In this document: one piece after another, positions 1 through 13,324 of the stretch
How the letters are laid out: each line of letters starts with the position of its first letter
Numbering within the stretch: the first letter of the stretch is position 1
From: Geosiphon pyriformis uo1
Lineage: Eukaryota > Fungi > Glomeromycota
Length of the DNA stretch: 64,000 bases
Assembly (NCBI GenBank): GCA_016748015.1
Contig: JAAOMT010000128.1
Span: 2,363,538 to 2,427,537 of the forward strand
Direction: 5' to 3'
Notes under the pieces: generated by a model
The model's input: only the letters and a program-made list of their open reading frames with translations
What the model was told of the DNA's origin: nothing
Database searches by the model: none
Made by a program: the position numbers and the translations under genes

Positions 1-1653
1 ATCACCAACAACCATAGAAGAGGAAATAGAAGCCACCAAGGGAGGAAACTCAGAAGAATCCAGGAAAGCAGAAGCTTTTGCATAAGAAACACCATTCACA
101 AAATGAGACTTGAAAACCTTGTGAACCTTGGGAGTAGGAGGTGGAGAAATCTTGCAATCCACAACCAGATGGCCCATTTCTTGACACCTAAAACAGCGCC
201 AGCAGCCAGAAGTTTCTCACCAGATATAGCATTTCTTTAGAGTACCAGTCTTGACTACAGCAGAATCTAAATTGCCTTAAGAGTCAAATGTAACCAAAGC
301 AAACTGGGAACGATGACCAGAATTAGGAGAATAAGGGATGAAACATGTTCAACCACCAATCTGAGAAATCATATTACTGATTTCAAAGGCAGTACAGCCA
401 AGGAAAAGGTTAACCAATTTGGCCTTAAACTTATTACAAGACAAAATAGTCTCATTTTGATTCACTAGAGAGAAGATTCTAACACTATCCTTGCCCATTA
501 AGACTGACTAATGCTTCAAGACAAACACAGCAGAGTCTAACTTTTCAAAATAAACCACCACATATTGCTAAATGCCAGCAGGCTTCAGCACAACACGAGT
601 AACACTACCAAATACATTGAGAGCCAACTTAACATCAGCAGCAGACACAACCAAAGGTACATCACACAGCACAACAGCAGCAGGAAGGGAACCAGATTCA
701 GAAACCACCAAAGACTTGGCAATTTTGAGAGTGGCCAAATGAACAGAGCTTGTAAGCTTAACCAGAAATACAGCTTTTAAAGACTGTTAAGAAGCAAACT
801 CCACACAGAAAAGCTTTACATTGTCTTTTGAAACAGATTTAGTACCCAAGAAACCATGCACAGACTGAAAAATACTCTTAACATGAACCAATTTGATCTT
901 AAAAGTAGCACCAGGCACCAGAGTGGAGGCTACCCACTCAGCAAATCTTTGACAACTAGTAATAGTTTTCCAAGCATCACCAGAAGTAGCACCAGTAACT
1001 AGAGAAGGAGATAAATCAGTTTCTATTTGATCAGTCCAGTTCCCAAGAACAGATGACCCAACAGGAAGAGATTGTTTTGCTTCCACTACCAGCGATGATT
1101 TGCCGGAAGACACCACATTTGGCAACACAGCCAGTAGTTGATCTTGGTCCATCTTGGATGATGTGCCAGATAATGCTATGGAGATCTTATCTAAGATCTC
1201 ATTGGAAACCACAAAGAGGTTCGGTGTAACAATAGCAGAGGCAAGCAACTGCCCCCACTTTTCTGAACTTCTGGTCTTTTTGACCATTTTTTTTAAAGAG
1301 GTGGTGCTAGAAGCACCAGGTGTTAAATCTATAGAAAGGAAGACCAGCTTATTTACTGGTCTATTATTAAAAACTTTTGGGCTCTTGGTTGGGGTGGAGG
1401 CAACACTGGGACTAACTCAGGTGTGTCTCTTTGAGAGGACTTTGACTGGTGAGAAACCAGCCAAAGATGAGGAAGTTACTTCAGTAACTATCAAAGACAG
1501 CTTATTATGATTACTGGATAAGAAAAAGGCTTCTAAAACGTTTTGTCTAGTTGCTTCTACAACAGAGAGAGCTCCTCTGGTTGAAATTTTATTAGATATT
1601 TCAGGACAGATATCAAGTGCAGCTTTTTTATTCTTTGTTCTGGTCGTGGTCAT
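1..1653 (-). mobile_element. Non-LTR (LINE-like) retrotransposon 5' part: ORF1/gag-like pseudogene, continues off the window edge
   Basis: Minus-strand ORF pieces 1417-1653 and 787-1287 are broken by stops. CCHC knuckle CFRCQEMGHLVVDC at about 153-195. A homologous decayed copy lies at about 10500-12830 and 15250-15330. Confidence 0.75.
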
Positions 1654-2159
1654 AAAATTAAGGAGACAAAGAGTTTTTTTTATAATATATTTAATATTAA
1701 AAACTTGGACAATTTTATTGTAAAAAAAACTTACTATGTTAATTTAGATAAATTAAACAACATTAAATATACAATTTAACAAAGTTATTATTACTATTTT
1801 TGTTAATAATATTGTTATAAATTAAAGTAATAAATTAATAAATAACAAAAAAAAAGACTATTAAAAATAATATAAATTAAAAAAAAAGATAATATATGAA
1901 TATTAACAAGTAATTTTTTATTTATAAATATTCAGATATTTAAAAATTAAAAATTAAAAAAAAATAAGCAATAAAAAAAATATTGAATATATAAATATTA
2001 TTTTATTATATTAACTTTTAATATGTTTTTTATAGTTAAAAAACTTATTATTTATATAACTATTTAAAATAGTCAATAACTAAATTAGCAATTAAATTAA
2101 TAATTAATAATTATAATCTAAAATAAAGTTGCTAATTATATAATATTATTAATTAATAT

Positions 2160-2896
2160 TGTTATGGTTGAAATCCATAGTTTTTATTAGTTATCATATG
2201 TACTAGCCACTAATGTCATATAATTAGCCACCCTATTTTTAGATAGTAATCGTTGACCTGATTAATGACCTGACTGTTGACCTGATTATTGACCTAATCA
2301 TTGACCTAATCAATAACCTGATCATTAACCTGATCATTGACCTATTCATTGACCTGATCATTGACCTGGTCATTGACCACTTTAGATAGCTATATAAGTG
2401 ATAATTTCCTTAGCTGTAGAAAGACATGATCAAAGTAATGAAATAAAACAATATCAATTACTTCCTCTTATATTGCTTATTTCCTTTTCCTTACCTTCAA
2501 GTATCTACTTGTTGGCATTTACATACCTTATCTTTTCCCCTTCTTGATTTGTATTTGTTAGAATTAGTCTAAGAAGCAATTGGCTTGCTCTTGTAATTCA
2601 TTAAATAAAGAAATAATTGAAAAGCACAATGATAGCTGTTATTGATTCTAAGAATCGCTGAGTTGAGGCATAGAATAATAGCAGCAGTGTTATCTTGTTG
2701 ACAATTATGGACTATTCCTCTACCTTCAGATTTAAGAAAAGATTAGCAACTGTGATTTTTATAAGACTGATCATGCACATTGAATCCATACTCATTCAAT
2801 TCGCTCATTGAAGTTGAATCCTCTTTGATTATTTCCATTATTCTACAATCCTGTTCTCCCTTGCTATCTGTTAGCTTATTACTCCAACCCATAAGA
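2160..2896 (+). repeat. Element A 5' LTR with about 11 x 12-bp (ATTGACCTGATC) U3 array
   Basis: Aligns with 9219-9859. The 96-bp length difference equals 8 extra 12-mers. TATA-like TATATAAG at about 2391. Confidence 0.95.
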
Positions 2897-2948
2897 TAAA
2901 AGTAATGCTCCCTATGAGGTTGTCAAAATTCACTTATTCCCTCATTGT

Positions 2949-4480
2949 ATGGGTGATTACTTATATCTGCCACAGCAATCAGAAGAACACTTTGCAGCAC
3001 ACAACAGAAATGACCTAGATTTTATTGAACTTAATTCTCTGCCCTCTTGCTTGATCTGCTTTCTTCTTGAAAAACAATCCAGTAGACAATTCCAAGACTT
3101 TTGGAACTGGTTTTTGAATGAGCATTTAGCTGAAACCTACACAGCTTATACAACCTATTACTTTGACCAAGCTTATTTTGAAAATGACTTTGAAGAAAGA
3201 AACAACAGTATTAATCAGCTCTTATATTCTGCAACCTTTGAGCAACAGCCCCCTAATTTCGAATATCTGAATCATCAAATCCACATTTGGATTGCCCATC
3301 AAGCAACTGAAACTCCCTTTGAAACAGAAGAAGAAAGCTACCAAACTGCTCCTGTTTTTGACCTTTTATTAAGTGAATCAGATTCGTCTACACAAACAGT
3401 TACCTCTGAACTAATGGCTAATGACCCCATGCAAACAAACATTCTGGCTACCCTCCAAGGTATACAAACTGCTCTAGGAAGAAGAAACAATACCCCACTA
3501 CCACTATTTAGAGGTGATGCACAAGATCCAATTGAATGGTTGGATGATTTTGAGAGAACTGTCACAGCCAACCAGTATGATGAAGAATAAAAGTTCCAAA
3601 TCGTTGGTGGCTACCTCCAAGGCTCTCCTGCTACCTGGTTCTCACAAGAAACAGATGCCAATGCTTAACACAGAATAATTAGATGGACACCAATTAATGC
3701 TGAAGAAGAAAATATCTCTTTTACTATCTGATTTGAGACCAAGTTCAGAACCCCAATATTAATATCAAAATGGTGCATGGAATTGGAAAGAAGAACCCAA
3801 GGTTTTGGAGAAGTAGTGACTGAATATGCCAAGGCTATTAGAAAGCTAATCAAACATGTAGACTCTGAAAGAAATTGGACAGAAGAGCAGAAAATTCACT
3901 CCTTCACAAAAGGATTGAGAACTGATCTATCATATGCTTTTTGGCCCCTCCTGGCCTTGAAAGATAACCTTATCATGGATATGGCCATTGAATTAACACA
4001 AAGAATTGAAGATAACCAAAAGATGCACTTGGGATCCACACTACCAGTTTTTGCTTCTGCTCCTGTCATGGCTCTTGTCCCTCAAATGGCTGCTACTTTT
4101 TTTGCCACTCATACTCAAAATTCAAATGAACAGTTAATAGACAGACTCACAGCAAATCTAGCCCAGTTATTAAAACTCTTAGCCCAAGCAGTTAGAGAAA
4201 ATTAACAACCACAAAGACCCAGATTTGAATCATGCTTCAATCAATCCCAGCAACCACTTTATCAAAAACAACAAAATCGTGGCCCACCTGTATGCTATCG
4301 CTGTGGATTAACTAGACACTTTTCAAGAGATTGCAACAATCTTCCACTGCCTCCACCAGTTCCCAGAAACAATGATGCCCAGAACAACAGACCCAACAAC
4401 AACAATGTTCCCAACCAAAGACCCAATCATGCCAACATCAATTTCTTTGGAGAGGATTCCCTAGTTGAAGCCACAAATTA
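2949..4480 (+). pseudogene. gag: Element A gag (capsid plus CCHC knuckle)
   Basis: PLFRGDAQDPIEWLDDFE capsid-like motif and QGFGEVVTEY motif. Knuckle CYRCGLTRHFSRDC at about 4293-4335. Internal stops. Confidence 0.85.
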
Positions 4481-4640
4481 TCAGGCTTTAAATTGGTAGG
4501 TGCACCTTCAAAAAGTGAGAGTGCAAGCCAACCAGAAAAAAACCTCTTTTACGCTTTTAACTTAACTAATGATAACCATGACATGGATAAACTAGCAATC
4601 AACCTCTCTGAATTCACAAGAAAGAAGAAGAAAGCCAAAG

Positions 4641-7172
4641 TTGATTTCATCCAATAAAGCTTCTATATCAATTGTTGACAACAATGAGCCTCCAAAAGCC
4701 AAAGTTTTCAAAAACCCTTCAAAGTTGGAACCTCCAGAAATAGTACAAAAATCTGGCCCCTATTTTGTTGTCAAAGACCTTATGGAAACCCCAGCACATA
4801 TAACCTTTGGCCAATTGATGACCCATCCACAATTCAAAAAAGATCTTCACAAATCTTTGATTCCAAAGAAAAAGACACCTAAAACCAACAAACACCCTCA
4901 CCAAGCTGAACTTGCTGACAATAGCAATGTCACTCCTCTAATTTACAAAGCCCAAGTGGCTGACTACTTCATCAATTTGATCCTAGACAGTGGATCATCT
5001 GTTAGTGTTATTGCTAAACACTTTCTTGAAGCAATTGGCAGAAAAATTGATGAACCATCCACACGACCAATGACCAATGTGCATGGTGATAAGAAGAAAG
5101 GGCTTGGCATAGCCAAAGCTATTCCTGTCCACATCAATAGCATCAGCATTGAAACTGATATAGAAGTATCTAAAGTGAAAGAATACACCATCATTGTTGG
5201 CAATGAATGGCTCAAGAAAGCAAAAGCTTTGCTTGATTATGAACTCTGTGAACTAACCATTAGATGTGATGAGAAACCTATTGTGATTAAATGTCATTAT
5301 TGGACAACTCCCCCAGTACCCAAGCAAAGTCCAGAAGAAAATGAATCAGACAAATCAGATGATGAAGAAAGTGAGAAAGAAAAAGAACAAGAAGAACAAG
5401 AAGAAACTGCTGAACTTGCCTATACCATCTTTACCAGCAATGGCAAACCACTGGATAATGTCAAGGCAGATAAAAAAGGAATCATTGTCAATGGCAAGCT
5501 GATCTGCTGGCCTTATTATAATATGCTCAGAAGAGCCTTTGACAGAAAGCCAGGCAAGAAAGCCAAATACAGTTATTGGTGGCATGATCCTTATGCCCAG
5601 TGCTGATGCGACAAACCATTGTATTCTTTTAGTAATGAATGCATGTCCTGCCTGATCTATTACAAAGATTGAGAACCAATCAGCTTGATACCCCAAGAGG
5701 AAATAAAAGAAGTCCAAAAGTCCTTTGAAAACAAATCACTTAAAATCCAATCACTGGTTGTAGAACAAAGAGAACCCTCTCCAGAAGAAAGAAAAATAGA
5801 CATTGAAAACCTGCTGGCTAAAAACAGCCCAGTTATCTCAAAAAAAGGTAAACTTCCTGGACGTACACATGTGATACAACACACCATCATCACTAGAAAA
5901 ACTCGCCCTATCCATTTGAAGCCTTATCAATCCAACCAGTGCAATGATGAGTTTATCAAAAAGGAAATAACCTGAATGAAAAACCTTGGATTTATACAGG
6001 AAACCAAGAGTAAATAGACATTCCCAGTTGTAGTGATATCCAAGAAAGAAGGAACCCTATGCTTTTGTGTTAACTATCACCAATTAAATACCATTACTGA
6101 AAGAGACATGTACCCACTTCTCAAGATTGATGCAATGCTAGACCAATTCTATGGTGCCACTTTCTTCTCAACCATTGACTTAACTGCTGGATTCTGGCAA
6201 GTAGAAATGGATCCAGAAAGCAGAAAGAAAACTGCCTTCATCACCAAGTATGGCACCTACAAATTCACAGTCATGCCTTTTGGTCTCACAAATGTTCCTC
6301 CCACCTTTCGACGCTTAATAAACAAAGTATTTGAATCAGTAAAAAAAAACTTTGTTCTAGTCTACTTGGACGACATAATGATATACTCAAAAACCTGGGA
6401 TGAACACCTTGAACATTTGCAAAAGGTTTTTGATCTCCTTAGAAATGCTGGCCTCAAGATCAATCCAATCAAATTATTTTTTGGATGTCAATCCACCCAG
6501 TTCCTTGGCCATCTTATTATAAAAGATAGAATCTTCCCTGATCCAGCCAAAATTGAAAAAGTTCAAAACATTAGACAACCAATGAATGTTCATTAACTAT
6601 GCTCTTTTCTTGGTTTGGCCTCTTATTATTGCAAGTTTGTCAAAAATTTCTCCAAAATCACTGCTCCTCTCAATCAGCTATTCAGAAAAAACATCAATTA
6701 TCATTAGGGCACTCATCAACAAAAAGCATTTGAAATTCTGAAGGAAAAACTGGTTACAGAACCCATCTTCATGCAACCTAATCTGGATCAACCTTTTATC
6801 CTCCATACTGATACATCTGACTATGGACTTGGTGCTGTTCTTTCCCAGAAAGACGAAGATGGCAGAGAACATGCCGTAGCATATACCAGTAGAACTCTCA
6901 CACCAGCAGAAAGAAACTACTCAGTTACTAAGCAAGAATGCCTAGCAATAGTTTGGGCTACCAGCTACTGGGACAAATATTTTAAGGGTGTGAAATTTTT
7001 GGTGGTAACAGATTACCAAGCTTTGGTTTGACTATGCAACAAAAAAAACCTGGAACATAAATGAATAACTTGCTGAATACTCTACTTGGATGAATTTGAC
7101 TATGACATTCAACACCACAAAGAAGCTAATCATCAAAACGCTGACGCTCTCTCCAGACTTATCATCCAGTGA
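4641..7172 (+). pseudogene. pol: Element A protease, small Cys/Trp-rich segment, RT, RNase H
   Basis: LILDSGSS protease motif, MPFGLTN and YLDD in RT, TDTSDYGLGAVL ... ADALSRL in RNase H, then TGA TAG TAA at 7170-7178. Confidence 0.92.
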
Positions 7173-7237
7173 TAGTAAAACCCTCTTAAACCACACCAAC
7201 TTAATTATTTGTAACTCTCTCACAAACAAACACAATA

Positions 7238-8491
7238 ATGGACTTGGACAACTACTCTGCCTTAATGAAATTTTTGGGTAAAGGACAATACTCACTGGAC
7301 TATACTCGACAGCAAAGAGAACATTTGCACAAACAATCAAATTTCTATTTGATTCACCAGAACCAGTTATATAAAAGAAATAGAAAAGATTCTGACTGCC
7401 CTCAGAGAGTCATTAAATTTAAAGAAAGAGAAATTGTGATCTACAATATACATACTGATCTATTAGCTAAACACTTTGGAAAAACAAAAATGATCCAGAA
7501 AACTTTAGCTCACTATTATTGGCCTACCTTAGGAAAAGACATTGCTGAATACATTAAAACCTGTAATACCTGCCAAAGAAAAGGAAAACCCAATCGCAAG
7601 AAAGATATCCATCCGATCTTTGTTGGTCAACTATTTGACAAAATTGGTATAGATGTTGTTGGATCTTTAACAGTAACTCCTGATGGCAACAGATACATTA
7701 TCACAGCTACCAACTATCTTACAAAGTGGGTAGAAGCAAGAGCCACTCCAGATCAAACAGCAGTCTCAATTGCCAATTTTATTTATGAAGATATTATCTG
7801 TCACCACAGCTGCCCCAAAGAACTTTTATCTGATAGAGGAAGAGCTTTTCTCAGTACACTGGTTGAAGAACTTTGCAGAAAAATGGAAATACGTCATAAA
7901 CTCTCTTCTCCTTATCACTCCCAAACAAATGGCCTAGTGGAACATTTTAATAGAACACTATGTAAAACCCTAGCCAAAACCAGTGAAGAAACAAACTTAT
8001 GGGACAAAGTACTGCCTTCAGCTTTGTTTGCTTATAGAACTATGAATCATAAGATAACAAGTTATGAACTTTTTTATCTACTCTATGGACAAATGGCAAC
8101 TCTACCAATAGAAACTGACATTAAAACAATACCCTTTGAAGAAATAACAATAGGAAATTACAAAGACATTTTGCAAAGAAGATTTAGTACCATTCTTGAC
8201 TCATTAGTAAAAGCACAGATAATTGCTTTTGAAAAGATAAAACAATTCCAAGAGAAGCTTAAGAAAAAAAAAACATATAAAACACTTTTCTTAAGTATTG
8301 GTGACTTAGTTTTAGAATACCATTCAGATAGAGACAATGTCTATGGTGATAAATTCTCTAGCCAGTGGAAAGGACCCTTTATAGTCAACAAAGTTTTGAA
8401 CAATGGTTCTTATATCTTACAAGATCAATATGGAACAATCTTCAATGATCACCCTGTTCATAACACACGATTCAAGAAATATCACAAATAA
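7238..8491 (+). CDS. Element A integrase, standalone ORF with own ATG
   Basis: H-x6-H...CxxC zinc domain, D(GIDVVG)..D(LSDRG)..E(GLVEHFN) triad and WKGPF (GPY/F) motif. Frame differs from RNase H. Confidence 0.9.
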   Translation: MDLDNYSALMKFLGKGQYSLDYTRQQREHLHKQSNFYLIHQNQLYKRNRKDSDCPQRVIKFKEREIVIYNIHTDLLAKHFGKTKMIQKTLAHYYWPTLGKDIAEYIKTCNTCQRKGKPNRKKDIHPIFVGQLFDKIGIDVVGSLTVTPDGNRYIITATNYLTKWVEARATPDQTAVSIANFIYEDIICHHSCPKELLSDRGRAFLSTLVEELCRKMEIRHKLSSPYHSQTNGLVEHFNRTLCKTLAKTSEETNLWDKVLPSALFAYRTMNHKITSYELFYLLYGQMATLPIETDIKTIPFEEITIGNYKDILQRRFSTILDSLVKAQIIAFEKIKQFQEKLKKKKTYKTLFLSIGDLVLEYHSDRDNVYGDKFSSQWKGPFIVNKVLNNGSYILQDQYGTIFNDHPVHNTRFKKYHK

Positions 8492-8592
8492 CCTGATTGG
8501 TTACCTGTTGTGGTAATATCGACCCAAATGATCAACAAAAATCAGATATAAATAAATACACCATTCTCAAAACAGAGGTATCTTCAATCAAC

Positions 8593-9249
8593 ATGAACAA
8601 TTATTTTCTAGATCAAAACATTCAAAATGCTTTCTACACTCTCCATGAGTACTGGATCAAAAATTATCCAAATGCTACTCTGACCATTGGAAAACAAACC
8701 ACCATAACTGATAACAGTGGAACACATACTGTTATTAGACCAAAGAAAACCACTACCAGAAGAGAAAGAATTGGTAACAAAATGGATAAGTATTTGCTGG
8801 AAAACATAACAGCAGCAATACTTATACCTTCCATGACAATTGGAAAAACGATTAAGAAAATCTTGCCCATAGACAAAAACTTGTCATATGAAAGGCAACT
8901 AGAACTCTATGGTCGTCTTGGTGAAATCATAGAAGAAATGAAGCTCATGAAGAAAACAACTTCAGAGATACAAGTGGAAATTTTGGACATTATACGTTTA
9001 GATGTCCCAAGAGTTTTAACCATTGCAAGAAGAGCCAAAACTCTTATACAAAGATTTGGTCTCTTGAATACAAAGCTTATTTTGCCTCAAGTATTATATA
9101 CTTTATCCACAAAAGACTTCAACAAACTAGTTAGTTTTGAGTTAGACAAAACCTTTTACATAGACTATCCCATAAATAGCTTGATTTCACTGGAGCTCAA
9201 TCTTTTTAGAGAGGATGATGTTATGGTTAAAACCCATAGTTTTTATTAG
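8593..9249 (+). CDS. Element A ORF3, unknown soluble helical protein overlapping PPT and 3' LTR
   Basis: Open frame 8497-9249, likely ATG at 8593. Positional and sequence counterparts in elements B, C, D, E1 and E2. No obvious signal or transmembrane segment. Confidence 0.7.
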   Translation: MNNYFLDQNIQNAFYTLHEYWIKNYPNATLTIGKQTTITDNSGTHTVIRPKKTTTRRERIGNKMDKYLLENITAAILIPSMTIGKTIKKILPIDKNLSYERQLELYGRLGEIIEEMKLMKKTTSEIQVEILDIIRLDVPRVLTIARRAKTLIQRFGLLNTKLILPQVLYTLSTKDFNKLVSFELDKTFYIDYPINSLISLELNLFREDDVMVKTHSFY

Positions 9250-9859
9250 TTATTACATGTACTAACCACTGATGTCATATAATTAGCCACCCTATTTTTA
9301 GATAGTGATTGTTGACCTGATTAATGACCTAATCGTTGACCACTTTAGATAGCTATATAAGCAATGATTCTCTTAGCTGTAGAAAGACATGATCAAAGTA
9401 ACGAAATAAAACAATATTAATTACTTCCTCTCATATTACTTATTTCCCTTTTCTTATCTTCAAGTATCTACTTGTTGGCATTCACATACCTTATCTTTTC
9501 CCCTTCTTGATTTGTATTTGTTAAAATTAGTCTGAGAAACAATTGGCTTGCTCTTGTAATTCATTGAATAAAAAAATGATTGAAAAGCACAATGATACCT
9601 GTTATTGATTCTAAGAATTGCCAAGTAGAGGCATAGAATAATAGCAGTGGTGTTATCTTGTTGACAATCACAGATTATTTTTTTATCTTCAGATTTAAGA
9701 AAAGATTAGTGACTGTGATTTTTATGAGACTGATCATGCACATTGAATCCATACTCATTCAATTCGCTCATTGAAGTTGAATCCCCTTTGATTATTTCCA
9801 TCACCCTACAATTCTGTTCTCCTTTGCTATCCGTTAGCTTGTTACTCCAACCCGTAACA
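9219..9859 (+). repeat. Element A 3' LTR (3 x 12-mer)
   Basis: Follows the PPT and ends CCCGTAACA. Confidence 0.95.
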
Positions 9860-10399
9860 ATATATATAATAATTAATAAAAATTATGGTTTTTAATTATA
9901 ATAATATAAATAATAATGTTTTAAAATTTTATTACTTAAATATATTGTTTTAAAATTTTTAATTATTATATTAATAAAAAAAAAACTTTTAATTTAATCA
10001 AATTTTTTATATTAGATATTAATATTTTGATTATAATTAATAAAAATTTGAATAAGAAATTAAAATTTATTAAAAAACTATTTTATTAAGTAAATAATTT
10101 TAAAAGTGTTTTTATTTTTTAAAATATTTTGATATTATTTAATTGATATTTACTTTCAAATAAAACTTAAAATTTTTATTATTATTTATTAAATAAATAA
10201 AGTTCAATCACTATTTAAAAGTTAAAAACAAACTAAATATTTCAATACTAAATATGATTTATATATTTTCTATATGTAACTAGCTACTTGAACCAGTTTA
10301 CACTATATTACATTAATACTACAAAAAAAAACTTACCCAAAAAAAACATTTTTTGAATTATATCAAACAAAATAATATTATAAAAAACTAATTTAACTA

Positions 10400-12830
10400 G
10401 CTATTTAGTTGTTTTTAAAAAATTAGTTTTAATATTAACAAATTTATGAATCCAAAGTAATATTAAATTAGAAAACATCCTATTATCTATAACAGCTTAA
10501 CATATTGAATTACCAAATATGTCAACATCTTTTATACAATATTTTTTTTTAATGAAATTATCTCTTTTTTCAACTTATTAATAATTTTATTAAAAACACT
10601 CAAGTATATTATAAGCTTATTAACCCTAAAGCTAAAAACATTATTTGAAATAAGATCATTTTTAACAAATTGTTCAAATATAATTACCAAAAAACCAACA
10701 GATTTAACAATAAATTTAATCAAAGTGATTAACTTGGCCAAATCAAACTTTAAAAAAACCAACCAAAAAAAAACTAAAAAATTACCAATAATTATAAAGA
10801 GAAAAGCAAAAACAGCCAAAGAAAAAAATTCAGAAGAGCAGACAAAAGCAAAAGTCTTGAGATAAAACTTAAAACTTACAAAATAGAATATATACATCTT
10901 GAAAATCTTGGAAGAAAAAAATAAAGACACTTTACAATTCAATTAAATGGCTTATTTTTTGACACTAAAAACAATACTAACAGCCAAAAATTTTTTATCA
11001 GATATAGCACTTTTTTAATATATTTATTACTACAACATCTAAATCTACTTAAGAACTAATTTGTAAAATCATATTACTGATTTCAAAGACAGTATAGCCA
11101 AAAAAAAAATTAACCAACTTGGTTTTAAATCTATCTTGAAACAAAATAATTTTATTTTAATTAACCAAAAAAAAAATTCTAATACTATTTTTGTTTATCA
11201 GAATTAACTGATAATCTAAAGCAAACACAGCAGTATTCAAATTTTTAAAATAAACAATTACATATTGTTAAACACCAATAGGCTTTAATACAATATAAAC
11301 AATCTTGCCAAATACACTAAATGCTGTTTTAATATTAATAACAAATATATCCAAAAACATATTATGTAATACAATAGCAATAAAAAGAAAACCAGATTTA
11401 GAAACCACTAAAGATTTGGCAATTTTAAGAATGATTAAATAAATAAAGCTTGTAAATTCGACCAGAAATACAGTTTTTAAAAACTTTTAAGAAGCAAACT
11501 CTATACAGAAAAGCTTTATATTGTTTTTTAATATTAATTTTATATATAAAAAACTATACATAGATTAAAAAATAGTCTTAACATAAACCAATTTAATCTT
11601 AAAAATAACACCAAACATCAGAGTAGAGATTATTTACTTAGCAGACTTTTGATAACTAAAATAGTTTTTTAAATACCACTAATGACAGCATCAAAAACCA
11701 GCAGAGGAAATGATTCAGTTTTTATTTAATTAATTTAGTTTCCAAAAACAGATAATTTAATAAAAAACTGTTGTTTTGCTTCTAAAATCAATAATAATTT
11801 GCTAAAAGAAACCATATTTGGCAATACAGCCAATAGTTGATCTTAAACTATTTTAGACAATATATTGGTATTATAGGTGACTATTTGAGATCTGAAAACA
11901 AATAACAAATTTGTAACTTGGTATTTAATACTTGATATGATTATTGTTATTTGAAGGTTTTGGTTAATCTGAAGGTTTTTATTTGAATTTTTTGTATAAT
12001 AGACAGAGATTCAAATTGGTTGTTTTTAGTTACCTTCTAGAATATTTGATTTTATCAATAATTCTGTGTGTTAATCCTTAATCAATTAGTAAACACCAAA
12101 AAAAAAAAAAAATGAATAAAAAAAAAAAAAAAATGATAAGAAAATAAAGAAATTAGTATTTCATCAATAGTTATAATTAAAAGCTATTGGTTCAATATAG
12201 TTAAGTATTGGTAATTATTAACATGAAGTGTTAATAATAAAAAATTGGTCAAGATTCTTAAACAATTAACAAAGACATAAATTGGATAAAGTAATAAGTA
12301 TTTTTATTGATATTTGATAATTCAACTTTGGTTAATAGTAATTATTCTTAAAGTAATTAATTAATAGATAGAAAGAGAATTCTTTAAATTAATTCGATAT
12401 CTTTTTTGCTTCTCCCACTATTGCTATATATACATAATTTGGATTATACAATATTATACATATTCTTGAACAATGCTCTCTAATTTTTCAAGCAATGCTT
12501 ATATTGTTAAACAATGTGCTGTAATTTTTAATAATGTTCTATATTGCTGAGCAATATGCCATAATTTTTTAACAATGCTCTATATTGCTAAGCAATATGC
12601 TCATATGCTAAATATTATTTTTCTATTGGTCTATTTTCTATTTGTTTTTTTTTACTACTTTTCTTGTACCCTTTTTTTATGAGTAATACTGAATAATACA
12701 ATAGAGATTTTATCCAAAATCTTATCTAAAACCACAAAAAAGTTTGGTGTAATAAAAGCAAAAACAAGCAACTGCTTTTGCTTTTTGGAATTCTTAATTT
12801 TTCTGGTTATTTTCAAAGAAATAGTGCTAG
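10400..12830 (-). mobile_element. Second, heavily decayed copy of the LINE at 1-1653, interrupted by a solo LTR; its 5' tip reappears at about 15250-15330
   Basis: 11060-11868 aligns to 360-1169 and 12689-12830 aligns to 1166-1310. CATAAAATTAAGGAGACAAA occurs at both 1651 and 15302. Confidence 0.8.
11869..12688 (-). mobile_element. Solo LTR, C/D family
   Basis: Reverse-complement match to LTR 22590-23519 and same-strand match to 30176-31061. Decayed TSD TTGG/CTGA. Confidence 0.85.
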
Positions 12831-13324
12831 TGGCATTGTTATCCAAGTTTCTCGGATAGAATGATGACGATAATATAATAAATGACAATAAGTTTCTCTC
12901 TTGTTGACCATTTTTTGCAAACTTGTTTGGTGATATGGAAACGTTTTGCAGGTTTGGTGGTGCGAACCATGGTATTATAAAGAGGAATCCATTCTGCATG
13001 GCATTGTCTTTATTTATATAGAGTGTTACATAAACACTATGGGGTTGTCAATGTATTATCATAGTTGTACCGCCGAGTAAAATAACCCCCTTAAAAAGAG
13101 TGAAATGTAAAATACCCGGGGTATTTTAGTCAGTACCTTTTATTATTATGTGTAGTAGTAAATCAAATGATTGTTGTGATCTGCTGTCAGAGGGTTGGGA
13201 ATTAGTATAGTTCACCTGATTTCCTAGCAGATCGCTACCCCGACGGGCCTCAATGATCACATGGCCGCGCATTTTTTTTCCATCGAGGACCTTTCTACTT
13301 GTATATTTAACCCTATCCGTTACC

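Larger units (their letters stand above)
2160..9859 (+). mobile_element. Full-length Ty3/Gypsy LTR retrotransposon 'A' (inactive: in-frame stops)
   Basis: LTRs 2160-2896 and 9219-9859 (TGTTA...TAACA). TSD ATAT/ATAT. Decayed PBS at about 2903-2920, PPT at 9208-9218. Order gag-PR-RT-RH, IN, ORF3. Confidence 0.95.

Noticed and set aside
1680-2159. Near-pure A/T tract as a centromere or origin element
   Set aside because: It is more simply an end-stage decayed repeat like 21000-22300, with no periodic structure seen.
2250-2380. Short regular repeats in LTRs as a possible CRISPR array
   Set aside because: There are no unique spacers and no cas genes, and the context is a eukaryotic LTR U3.
10532-10942. 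Many 60-140 aa ORFs in the track (antisense to TEs, in LTRs or in AT-rich DNA)
   Set aside because: They are shadows or remnants of decayed TE frames or low-complexity sequence, with no independent coding evidence.
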